A stretch of 64,000 nucleotides of DNA, taken from assembly GCA_963514005.1 (NCBI GenBank), contig OY740808.1:11532001-11596000 (forward strand), in the 5' to 3' direction. The notes under the pieces are model-generated. The model searched no databases, was not told where the DNA came from, and worked only from the letters and a program-made list of their open reading frames with translations. Below are positions 1-10,911 of the stretch, in pieces. The stretch's first letter is position 1, and every line of letters starts with the position of its first letter. This DNA is from Raja brachyura. Lineage: Eukaryota. The position numbers were made by a program, and so were the translations under genes.

Positions 1-442
1 GTGGCTTGCGATCCACGGTGACTTCGTCACTTGGAATCAGACTGGCTTACTCACAGAAGACAGTGTTGTGGTGGAAGAAAGCTATTCTGGCTGGAGATCC
101 AAGCGCTGTGGTCATTTGGAATCGGAACTGGCCAAGGATTGTGATGGAAGGGTATTAATTCTGGCCAGAACTCTGCGACCAATGGAGTTCCGCAGATATC
201 TATGCTGGATCTCCGTTGTTAGTGATTATATATTATATATAGTGGGCAGAGAAATGACAGATGGAGTTTAATCTGAACAAGTGCGAGTTCAAATGTAAAG
301 TGAAAATATCGTTCATGGCATGACCATTAACAGCAAGGATATACAGGTGGATCTTGGGGTTCAAGTTTTTAGCTTCCTGAAAGTGGCACACAGCTAGATA
401 TAGTGATGAAGGAGGCCTAGGGCATTGAGTATCAGAGTCACC
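1..442 (+). mobile_element. Degraded CR1 LINE ORF2 fragment, continued at 1329-1589 and 3578-3905 after nested insertions
   Basis: Remnant CR1 RT C-terminal motifs (tgggcagagaaatgacagatggagtttaat; ttaggccacatttggagtactgagtgcagttctagtcaccc); pieces are collinear across the insertions. Confidence 0.7.
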
Positions 443-450
443 AGTCAGGG

Positions 451-1320
451 CAGGCACATGCCGTCAGGGTAGGCAAGGTAGTCAGTGCCTACCCTGACTA
501 AAATTATAAAATAGTAATTATTTTATATATAAATATAATATATATAAAATATATATAAAACATACATAAAATGGTCATAAATAGTAAATGCACGGGAGAA
601 TTATACCTCCCTAAGAGATCAATCTCTTAGGGAGGCATAATTCTCCCGTGCCTTTCATCAACAGTACGTTTTAAATGCGGACGTATGTGCTACTCATGTG
701 CTGTCGACGCTGTTTCAAGCCATCAGTGGCAACAGTCCATAAAGGCAGCTGAAACTGCCTTTACACTGAACTGCGTGCATGTGCTGCATGTGTGCACCAG
801 CCTACTGCGCATGCGCAAGTTTGTTAGCGGGATTTTCAAGGGTGGATTTACCTCTATAATCTTTGGTGATTACCAGAAGAGTTTCACGAAGCAACCTTAT
901 GGATATTTTTGCTGCAAAGAAAGAGAGAAGAATGGATTTTGTGCACAAATAATATGGTAAGTGAATTTTTTGGAGCTATATGTTTTTAAATACTTTATTA
1001 AGTGATAGGACCTATTGAAAACAAATTACATGATAAAAGTCGAGAGAACAATCTGCGCATGCGTGGTTTCCACAATTTAAAAATAGCCGAATGACAGTAC
1101 ACCGGGGAGGGAACAATGTGCGCATGCACGGTTTTCAAGATTAAAAAATGCCGACCAGCAGTTTACCGGGGAGGGAACAATGTGCGCATGCGCAGTTACA
1201 AGATTTAAAAAAAAAGCCGACTGACAGCTCACCGGGGAGAGAATAATCTGCGCATGCGCGGTTTTCAAGATTTTTAAAAGCCACTGGCTACCCTGGCTGA
1301 CTACTCACGGCATGTGCCTG
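451..1320. mobile_element. Non-autonomous hAT-superfamily DNA transposon
   Basis: Perfect 14-bp TIRs CAGGCACATGCCGT (451-464 / 1307-1320) flanked by an exact 8-bp duplication AGTCAGGG (443-450, 1321-1328); 8-bp TSDs are typical of hAT; no transposase. Confidence 0.85.
1042..1280. repeat. About 65-bp tandem repeat, 4 copies, inside the hAT element
   Basis: TGCGCATGC core at 1054, 1119, 1183 and 1249 within ccgggga(g/a)..aa(c/t)aat.tgcgcatgc...ttt..aagattt units. Confidence 0.85.
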
Positions 1321-1613
1321 AGTCAGGGCGTTGAGTATCAGTCATCTAACAGCTTTATAGGACCTTGGTTAGGCCACATTTGGAGTACTGAGTGCAGTTC
1401 TAGTCACCCCATTGCAGAAAGGATGTGAATGCTTTAGAGAAGATGCAGAAGACTTTTACCAGAATGCTGCATGGATTAGAGGTATTAGCTAAAAGGAGAA
1501 GTTAGACAAACTTGGTTTGTTGTTTTAAGAAAGTCAAAGGTTGAGGGGAGACCTGATAAAAGTATATAAAATTATGAGTGGCACGGGGAGTCAAGTCAAG
1601 TCACTTTTATTTA

Positions 1614-3101
1614 CAGTGGCTTGCAAAAGTACTCATACCCCTTGAACTTTTCCACATTTTGTCACGTTACAACCACAAACGTAAATGTATTTTATCGGGA
1701 TTTTATGTGATAGACCAACACAAAGTGGCCCATAATTGTGAAGTGGAAGGAAAATGATACATGGTTTTCAAATTTTTTTACAAATAAAAAACTGAGAAGT
1801 GTGGCGTGGAAAAATATTCAGCCCCCTTTACTCTGATACCCCTAAATAAAATCCAGTGCAACCAATTGCCTTCAGAAGTCACCTAATTAGTAGATAGAGT
1901 CCACTTGTCTGTAATCTAATCTCAGTATAAATACAGCTGTTCTGTGAAGGCCTCAGAGGTTTGTTAGAGAACATTAGTGAACAGCATCATGAAGCCCAAG
2001 GAACACACCAGAGAGGTCAGGGATAAAGTTGTGGAGAAGTTTAAAGCAGGGTTAGGTTATAAAAAAAGATCCCAAGCTTTGAACATCTCACTGTTCAATC
2101 CATCATCCGAAAATGGAAAGAGTTTGGCACAACTGCAAACCTACCAAGACATGGCCGTCCACCTAAACTGACAGGCCGGGCAAGGAGAGCATTGATCAGA
2201 GAAGCAGCCAAGAGGCCCATGGTAACTCTGGAGGAGCTGCAGAGATCCACAGCTCAGGTGGGAGAATCTGTCCACAGGACAACTATTAGTCGCGCACTCC
2301 ACAAATCGGGCCTTTATGGAAGAGTGGCAAGAAGAAAGCCATTGTTGAAACAAAGCCATAAGAAGTCCCGTTTGCAGTTTGCCACAAGCCATGTGGGGGA
2401 CACAGCAAACATGTGGAGGAAGTTGCTTGAAACATCATGCTGTGGGGATGCTTTTCTTCAGCAGGGACAGGGAAGCTGGTCAGAGCTGATGGGAAGATGG
2501 ATGGAGCCAAATACAGGGCAATCTTGGAAGAAAACCTGCTAGAGTCTGCAAAAGACTTGAGACTGGGGTGGAGGTTCACCTTCCAGCAGGACAATGACCC
2601 TAAACATACAGCCAGAGCTACAATGGAATGGTTTAGATCAAAGCATATTCATGTGTTAAAATGGCCCAGTCAAAGTCCAGACCTAAATCCAATTGAGAAT
2701 CTCAGGCAAGACTTGATAATTGCTGTTCACACACACTCTCCATCCAATCTGACTGAGTTTGAGCTATTTTGCAAGGAAGAATGGGCAAAAATTTCAGTCT
2801 CTAGATGTGCAAAGCTGGTAGAGACATACCCCAAAAGACTTGCAGCTGTAATTGCAATGAAAGGTGGTTCTACAAAGTATTGATTCAGGGGGGCTGAATA
2901 CTTTTGCACGCCACACTTTTCAGTTTTTTATTTGTAATAAAATTTGGAAACCATGTATCATTTTCCTTCCACTTCACAATTATGCACCACTTTGTGTTGG
3001 TCTATCACATAAAATCCCAATAAAATACATTTACGTTTGTGGTTGTAATGTGACAAGATATGGAAAAGTTCAAGGGGTATGAATACTTTTGCAAGCCACT
3101 G
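1614..3101 (+). mobile_element. Tc1-family DNA transposon with long TIRs, defective
   Basis: CAGTGGCTTGCAAAAGTA...TACTTTTGCAAGCCACTG ends, TA duplicated at 1612-1613 and 3102-3103; roughly 210-bp TIRs; transposase remnants inside. Confidence 0.95.
1989..2883 (+). pseudogene. Tc1 transposase pseudogene (frameshifted, internal deletion)
   Basis: MKPKEHTREVRDKVVEKFKAGLGYKK HTH start; GRVARRKPLL; QQDNDPKH; WPSQSPDLNPIENL; GGSTKY*; the WSDET segment with the first catalytic D is missing near 2420. Confidence 0.9.
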
Positions 3102-4849
3102 TATATAGCACATTTAAAAAACAACTCTCGTTGGCCAAAGTGCTTTACATTGGTATAAGAATAGTATAACAAACAACAGTGGTCCATAGATTAAATACAA
3201 ACATCACTACATACATATGGCCCTCGCTCAGAGGATGTCAAGAAAGGCTTGGGAGTAGAGATGAGTTTTTAGTCTCGACTTGAAGGAGGGGGCAGTTCTG
3301 ATCAGAAGAAGGATGCTATACCACAGTTTAGAAGCTGCAACCGCAAAGGCGCGGTCGCCCCTGAGCTTATGCCTAGGCTGCAGGATGTTCAGCAACCCCA
3401 AGTCGGCCGATCTGAGGGACCTGGAGGTGATGTGGTGGGTGAGCAGACTTTTAATGTAGGTGCGGGAAAGCCCATTGAGGGCTTTGTAGACATAAAGAAG
3501 GATCTTGAAATTTATTTGGAACGGCACAGGGAGCCAGTGGAGAGAGGGCAGGATCGGGGTGATGTGGCCCCTTTTTCATGAGGGTAGTGAGGGTAGTAGT
3601 CATAATATTTTTCCCCAGGATGGAAATTTCAAAGAATGGAGGACATGTGTTTAAGTGAGAGATGTAAAGTTTAAAGGGATGTGGTTTCTTTTTGCACAGC
3701 GAGTGGTGGGTGACTGGAATGTACTGCCAGGCGATGATGGCAGATATGACAGTGTCATTTAAGAGGTTTTTAGATAGGCACTTAGATACACAGGAAATGG
3801 AAGGATTTGGATCACATGCAGGCAAAGGAGATTAGTTTAACTTGGCATCATGTTCGGCATGGACATTGTGGACGGAAGGGTCTGTCCTCTGCTGTGCTGT
3901 TCTATGTAACAAACACAAGTACATTTATGTCCAAATTGTTTATATATATATATAAAACAGACCTCCCTGTACAGATCCCTGCAAAACACCACTGGTCACA
4001 GAGCTCCAGCTAGAATAACATCCTACTGCTACTACCCTCTGTCTTCTATGGACATTGGACTCTTTGCCAAAAGCAAGAGGAAACTTACTGAACGATTTTA
4101 AAGAAAGATTAATCTTTTTTCAATTATGTTCACATCAGCGAAAGGACAATATCCAAGCCTAATGTAACTTTGTACTGCACTTTAATAAACATTCTCTACA
4201 GATTATAGAGGGGAATCTGATAATGTTTCAACAGGAAAGGACCAAATGGATACAGTAGTACCATTGAAGCAGCAACTGCTATTCAGATTAGACATTGCCA
4301 GCACACCGTCACAAATTATAAGGCATGGGTCACTAGCCTTTAGTATTTGTCAATGTTATTTGATTGTACGTACTGTTCCTGCATAGCCATGTGATTAATT
4401 CACCTTCCAGGCCGTGATAGAAGTACAACATCATCACCTTAAGATCTCTACAAACAGCTCAGAATCAGCTTTCTGGCCCATGATTAATTAACCTTCCAAA
4501 ACAGTGACAGAAGTCAAAAAATCACCACCATGCGATCTCTACGTGCAGCCACAGATCAGCTTTCTGGCACAATGTCATTTAAAACAGGGTATAGACAACT
4601 ACATGTGGACATTTTGCATTTGAGTATTAGTCATCTTACTTTTAGTTCAATTTAGTTCCTAAAACCCATCCCATTCATGCTAGTCTTGAAATGAACCTTT
4701 TCAAAGAAAGTGACTTAATGGTGAAGGAAACTATTGTTCCCTGGAACTCCTGTCTTCCAAATTTGTTCTTTGCTTGTTCTTGACTGAAAATGGCAAAATG
4801 TCTGTAAGGCCAAACAACTCAGCCCTCCTTAAAGAACAACTTTGCCAAT

Positions 4850-5995
4850 AACCATAAGACCATAAGACATAGGAGCAGAATTAGGCCATTCGGCCTATCG
4901 AGTCTGCTCCGCTCTTCGACCATGGCTAATCTATTTTTCCCACTCAATCCCATTCTCCTGCCTTCTCTCCGTAAACGTTGAAGCCCTTAATAATCAAGAA
5001 CCTATTAATCTCCACGTTAAATTGCCCAATGATATGGCCTCCACAGCCGTGTGTGGTAATGAATTCCACAGATTCATCACCCCTTTGGCTAAAGAAATTT
5101 TGCTTCATCTCCGTTTCAAAAGGTACATTGTTTTATTCTGAGGCTGTGCCCTTTCGTCTTTCCCGCTACTGGAAATATCCTCTCCATATCAACCCCATCT
5201 AGGCCTTTCATTATTCAGTAAGTTTCAACGAGATCCACCCCCAACCATCCTCTAAACTCCAGCGAGTACAGGCTAGCTTTCAAACGCTCCTCATGCATTA
5301 ACCTAATCATCCCTGGTTCATTTTTGTAAATTCCTCTGGACCCCTCTCCAATGCCAGTATATCCTTCTCAGACATGGGACCCAAAACTGCTCACAATATC
5401 CCAAATGTGGCCTTACCACCACCTGATAAAGCGTCAGCATTACATCCTTTTTTTCATAGTCTAGTCCGCTTAAAATGAATACTAACATTGCATTTACCTT
5501 CCTTACTACCAACCCAAGCTGCAAATTAATCTTTTGGAAAACCCACACCATCCCTCCCAAGATGCTCTGCATCTCTGATTTCTGAATCCTCGCCCAATTT
5601 AGAAAATAGTCGGCACCTTTATTCCTTCTATCAAAGTGCGAGACCGGATACTTTACTACTCTGTATTCCATTTGCCACTTCTTTGCCCACTCTTCCAACC
5701 AGTCCAAGTCCATCTGCAGATTTCCTGCTTCCACAACAGTAACTGCCCCTCCACGATCATCAAATCATCCGCAAACTTGGCCACAAAGTCATAAATTCCA
5801 TCATCCAGATTATTGACATGTAGAAAGTGAAAAGTAACCGACCGAACATTGACCTCTGCAGAACACTACTAATCAGCCAACCAGAAAAGTCCCCTTCATT
5901 CCCAGTCTTTGCGTTCTGCCAGTCAGCCAATTCTCTATCCATGCTTGTTCCTTGCCTCTGATACCATGGGCTCCTTTCTTGTGTAGCAGCCTCAC
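4850..5995 (-). mobile_element. Degraded CR1 LINE 3' fragment
   Basis: (ccataaga)n tail at about 4852-4870; RT C-terminal remnants (LQMDLDWLEEWAKKWQM, VRPHLGYCEQFWVP, KVPHVRLLHK). Confidence 0.8.
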
Positions 5996-7398
5996 ATGTG
6001 GCACCTTATAAAAGTCTTCAGAAAATCCAATGAATACTAATATTCCAATGAAAAAGAGAAACCATCTCCATTCATGACCTTCCATGATCTCAGGACTTTC
6101 CTCATTGAGAAATTGATGGTAATCCACAATCAACTGAAGACAATGTGGTAAAGGCATTGCAAAAAATGTGACACCAAACATGTTGCCTTCGTCTGAGAAA
6201 TGTTCAATTTTGGGGGGATAAATGACACATTATTGCAACATTGGAGCAGATAGGCTGTAGGCAAGGCCTGTTTAATTCTACTAGCGCCTCATGAAGACGA
6301 GTCAAATATAATCTTGCTAAAAAGACACCAAATGTCACCTCACCTTTGGAACTGATTTTGATATGTATGGCATTCTAATCTTTGCAAACTCGCACAAAAC
6401 GCAATGTGATAGCGCCTACAAGATGAGTTTCAGCAAAGATGGTTGATAGATAGATATCGACCAGGACATTTCACCAAAGGATGTTTTGTATCATCCACAA
6501 TGAAAAATGGTGATTCATTTTAATGCTCTCTCTAAAAGGCAACATCCCCAACTGTGCAGAGCTCACTTAGTACGACTTGAGCAGTAGCAAAGATCATAGA
6601 GCAGTAGTACTGGGAAATCCCATTCATAGCCTCCCAAACCCCAATGCACTTGGCTGTGATGATCATGCTGGACAATTTATAGTTTACTTATGGCACAGAA
6701 GGATGCCATTTGATACAATGAGTCCATGCCAACTCCTAGCAGATCAATCCCATCGGCCATAATCCCCTACCCTTTTCCCTTAAAGCCCTGCAACTCATAT
6801 TCTCGCACGTCTATTAATTCCCATTTGATTCTTTTGTCACTTATTCAACATTAAGGGTTAATTCACTCGAGAGAATTAAGCTACAAGCACATCTTTGGGA
6901 AGTGAGAGAAAACTGGGGCATCCAGCGGAATCACATATGGTCACAGGGAGAATGTTCAAGCACCATATGGTCTAATTCCGGGATTAGCATCGAAACAAAA
7001 ACCCTAGGTCTGGGAGGATAAAAACAGAAAATGCTACGAATACTCAGCAGGTCATGCAACATTGACGGAGGTGGAAAATAATTAATATTTCAGGTCAGAG
7101 GCCTTTCATCAGAAATGGAAAGTGAGGAAATAGCAGTTCACTTGAAACTTCATTTACCTGTGCTTCTTTCTCCTTAAGTGCTGACTGTTCTGTTCAGTAT
7201 TTTCTGCTTGTATTAGGCCGTGGGCCAAGCTTCAAAAATGTGTCTAGAATTTAACTTTCGTGACCCATGTCTGGTGCCTACTTTAAATTTGGCACAGATT
7301 TAGATAAAATGTAATTGAGAAGGAATTCATAACTCATCCGTGACAAAAGTTGCATACTAATTAATTAAGCTAATTAGAAAATTAGATCGAGAAAATAA

Positions 7399-7414
7399 CA
7401 GCGCCATCTAGTGT
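7399..7414 (-). promoter_or_regulatory. CTCF-like motif
   Basis: cagcgccatctagtgt; reverse complement ACACTAGATGGCGCTG is close to the CTCF core consensus; sequence match only. Confidence 0.4.
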
Positions 7415-7484
7415 TCAACACTCATATTACTGTATCGGGAGACTAATTCCCTGCTGCAGTTTATTTAAACCTTATATTATTATA

Positions 7485-7487
<3 letters not shown>

Positions 7488-7516
<29 letters not shown>
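7488..7516. repeat. (TA)n microsatellite
   Basis: Direct observation. Confidence 0.95.
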
Positions 7517-7521
<5 letters not shown>

Positions 7522-7568
7522 AAAAACTTGTGAATATGACTGGAGTTATATATAATTATATCTAATTA

Positions 7569-8454
7569 TCTATATTACTAAAAGTCTGATCTTGACCACT
7601 TCCTGTTGTTCTGTATATTGATTTTAGAAAAAACGCTGCTACTTACGGCTGTGATTTTTGGGCATCTTACTCAGAGTTCCCCAGTGCTGCGCAGGGCAAG
7701 AGGATTTTTCCCATCAATTAAAAATAAAAGAGTTGTTAGCGTTTAAAAAATGTTGAGATTCTCTCACTGGAAGGCCACGCCCCTTCCGGGGGGACTAAAA
7801 AACCCAGATGTGTGGAGGTGCCTCAGTTCTCTGCAAGATGGGGGGAGCGAGAGGTCGCAATTGTCTGTCTGAGTTGTGAATAACACTGAACACATGTCTA
7901 CTAAACTGTGAGTGGTTTTACTGACCTGTCAGTGCCCTTAATGTGGTTTGAAAATGTAGTTTGAAAATGCAAAAGTGTGTTTTGGTTTTGAAAGTGCTGA
8001 AGCAAGCTGTGTTGCCTTTGGTTTTGAAAGTGCTAAAGCAAGCTGTGTTGCTTTTGGTTTTGAAAGTGCTAAAGCAAGCTGTGTTGCCTTTGGTTTTGAA
8101 AGTGCTATAGCAAGTGGTGTTGCTTTGGTTTTGAAAGTGCTAAAGCAAGCTGCCTTGCCTGAAGGTTTTGAAAGTGCTAAAGCAAGCAAGGATTTTTCCC
8201 ATCGATTAAAAATAAAAGAGTAATTAGTGTTTAAAAAATGTTGAGATTCTCTCTTCTGAAGGCCACACCCCTTCTGGAGGGACTTTAAAACCCAGAAGTG
8301 TGGAGGTGCCTCAGTTCACTGCAAGATGGGGGAGCGAGAGGTCGCAATTCTCAGCCTGAGCTGTGAATAACACTGAACATGTCTACTAAACTGGTGGAGA
8401 GGTGGAATATTGCGTTGGGGGACCAGCCCTCCCATGTGATCCCACTTAGTCTAG
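7569..8454 (+). mobile_element. Non-autonomous Helitron-like element
   Basis: 5' A|TCTATATTACTAAAAG and 3' CTTAGTCTAG|T, inserted between A and T with no TSD or TIR; the subterminal hairpin is degenerate. Confidence 0.7.
7981..8187. repeat. 36-bp minisatellite (about 5.5 copies) inside the Helitron
   Basis: Unit tttggttttgaaagtgctaaagcaagctgtgttgcc; explains the repetitive ORFs at 7938-8223. Confidence 0.95.
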
Positions 8455-9201
8455 TATTATATAAAAATAATATAATAAATATAATTGTGAGTCCGACTGG
8501 AGGTGTATGTTGATTGAGACTGCCGCAGAGGTCCTCGGTTTCACCGGCAAATGAAATTGCCTAATTAATGGGTCAGGGCAGATCCCGTGCATTCCCCCGT
8601 TTACTGAACCCCACTGACTACCAGTGTGCAGAGTGGGGATCATGGCCATATTGGGACTTGGGCAGTGCCAGGCTGGGGGCCAGACCCGTGAGGCATCTTC
8701 CAGTAGCTTTAAGAGAAAAACATCTCATTTCTGATGTAAATGTCATATTATGACCAAGAATCGAATATTGTCATGTTTACTCAGAGTATTCATTTTAACT
8801 TACAATTAGTCTATATTTATGTTAGAGACCCCCCCCCCATGGTGCCTTGCAACTACCCTTAGCCTACAATAACCCCAAAATGGTTGCATTGTTTATGTAT
8901 GTGTAGCGTGTGTGTGTGTTTGTGTGTGTGTGTACCTGCCAAACGTGTATATTATGCACACTTGTGTAGATGTATGCATGATGATAACAATATTGTCCCA
9001 ACATGTCCAAAATGTCACCTCCCCCTTATTACCCTTCCCCCCCCCCCCCCCCCCACTTCCCCCTTTCAGTAATGGCCACACCAGTACACACATTTTTAGC
9101 ATCCAGCACAAAAGCAGCACATCATGTTATTCACCAGTACGCCATAATCATAAGCCATTCACTCATTGTTTAAATAATTCGACACAATGAACAGTAAAAC
9201 A

Positions 9202-10323
9202 CTAAATATGACAAGTAGACTTTATATAATCATTTATTTTCCCATTCGTTTGGTTTACATTCCATCCACACTTCATCTGAATATTCTTCATCAGATTCCA
9301 AATCTTTTGTAGTAAGAGAGTGGCTGTTTGTTGACCGTCACTTGTCATGGACCGAAGCAGTCTCTTTGGGGCCGGCTCATCTCCTTCGCCATCAGGAACT
9401 GCCTCTTGAGGTGATTCACCTGCTTTAGGCTTTTCAGCGTCTGTGGATTGAACTAAATTAAGAGAGGAAAAAGAAAACAGAAAAGGAACAAAAAGTAAAA
9501 TAAATCAAGATCCTCAAATATATATTTTCATTGTTCAAGTTCAAGTTCAAGTGAGTTTATTGTCATGTGTCCCTGACAGAACAATGAAATTCTTGCTTTG
9601 CTACAGCACACGGAACACAGTAGGCATTGACTACAAAACAGATCAGTGTGTCCATATACCATTATATAAATATACACACACACATGAATAAATAAACTGA
9701 AAAAGTGCAAATAACAGATACTGGGTTATTAATGTTCAGAGTTTTCTCCGAACCAGGTTTAATAGCCTGATGGCTGTAGGGAAGTTACTATTCCTGAACC
9801 TGGTTGTTGCAGTCTTCAGGCTCCTGTACCTTCTACCTGAAGGCAGCAGGGAGATGAGTGTGTGGCCAGGATGGTGTGGGTCTCTGATGATACTTCCAGC
9901 CTTTTTCAGGCAGCGACTGTGATAAATCCCCTCGATGGAAGGAAGGTCAGAGCCGACTGGGCAGTGTTTATTACTTTTTGTAGACTTTTCCTCTCCAGGG
10001 CGCTCAAGTTGCCGAACCAAGCCACGATGCAACCGGTCAGCATGCTCTCTACTGTACACCTGTAGAAGTTAGAGAGAGTCCTCCTTGACAAACCGACTCT
10101 CCGTAATCTTCTCAGGAAGTAGAGGCGCTGATGTGCTTTCTTGACCATTGTATTAGTGTTCTCGGACCAGAAACATAATATAACCATAAATAATAAGAAA
10201 TGTTGTTTGAGTCCTATCATTACCTTTCTTCCCTCGAGACCTTGCTGTATCTTGATTTATTGTTGTAATGTTGCAGAAGTGACGATAGCACTGACATGTT
10301 AACCCGGGATACAATGCTGCCTC
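9202..10323 (-). pseudogene. Two-exon coding remnant, probably from an internally deleted DNA transposon (Academ-like)
   Basis: Exon 10323-10224 (ttattag|...aaag|gtaatg) and exon 9452-9202 (polypyrimidine+tag|) join in phase 1; CYRHFCN and PAPKRLLRS motifs; family call is tentative. Confidence 0.4.
9533..10170 (-). mobile_element. Rex1/Babar-type LINE 3' fragment
   Basis: KKAHQRLYFLRRL..FYRCTVESMLT..HPGH..LLPSGRRYRS..TTRFRNS..PTAIRLLN; (ttcaag)n tail. Confidence 0.85.
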
Positions 10324-10349
10324 CTAATAATAGAAGATAAAATGTGTAA

Positions 10350-10911
10350 AAGGCCTGTCCCACCAGCATGCAACTCCATGCGATGAGCGCGACCTAACGT
10401 GGTCGCTTGAGCCGTCCGGCGTCGCGGGGCCTGTCCCATTTCAATCGCCGGTGCCGTGCGGAATTGTGCGGAGTTCGTACCGACATCGCGCGGGGCTCCA
10501 AAAAACTGACCATGTTCAAAAATTCCTCGCGGCAACGGCTTGTCGGCTCGCTGTCGCCTCGACGCATTATGCACTGCCCCGACGTCGTGCCTCCGTGACC
10601 TGTAGGTGCCTCCGTGACCCTTTCTATGTGTGGCTCCGTGGCCCTCTCTGTGAGTGCCTCTGTGCCCCTCTCTGTGTGTCCCTCTCTGTCCTGGCGAACT
10701 TACCTTTAAGACTTCGCCTCACTTTGTGCCGTGTAGCGCCACTCACACGACCTCCGCGCGGCCCCTGCTACTGGTTTGGTTGTGCTTGCCGTATGCAGGC
10801 GCATGCTGGTGGGACGGGCCCTGTACAGGGATCACCCGACCTCCGCGCGGCATCCGCTGCCGGTTTGGTCGCGCTCACCGCATGGAATCGCATGCTGGTG
10901 GGATAGGCCCT
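10350..10911. mobile_element. PIF/Harbinger-type MITE
   Basis: TIRs ggcctgtcccaccagcatgc..tccatgcg.tgagcgcgacc / ggtcgcgctcaccgcatggaatcgcatgctggtgggataggcc; TAA duplicated at 10347-10349 and 10912-10914; extra internal TIR copies at about 10427 and 10801-10822. Confidence 0.85.

Larger units (their letters stand above)
1590..3577 (-). mobile_element. L2-clade LINE 3' fragment split by the Tc1 (1590-1611 plus 3104-3577)
   Basis: FKILLYVYKALNGL..SRSLRSAD..GDRAFAVAA..FKSRLKTHLY; the tail caagtcaagtca..tatagcacatttaaaaacaactctcgttg matches the uninterrupted copy at 14273. Confidence 0.85.

Noticed and set aside
7981-8187. CRISPR-like appearance of the 36-bp and 54-bp repeats
   Set aside because: Units are contiguous with no unique spacers, there are no cas genes, and the context is vertebrate.
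7938-8223. Repetitive ORFs on both strands (ALALSKPKATQL / CVAFGFESAKAS)
   Set aside because: By-product of a stop-free 36-bp minisatellite.
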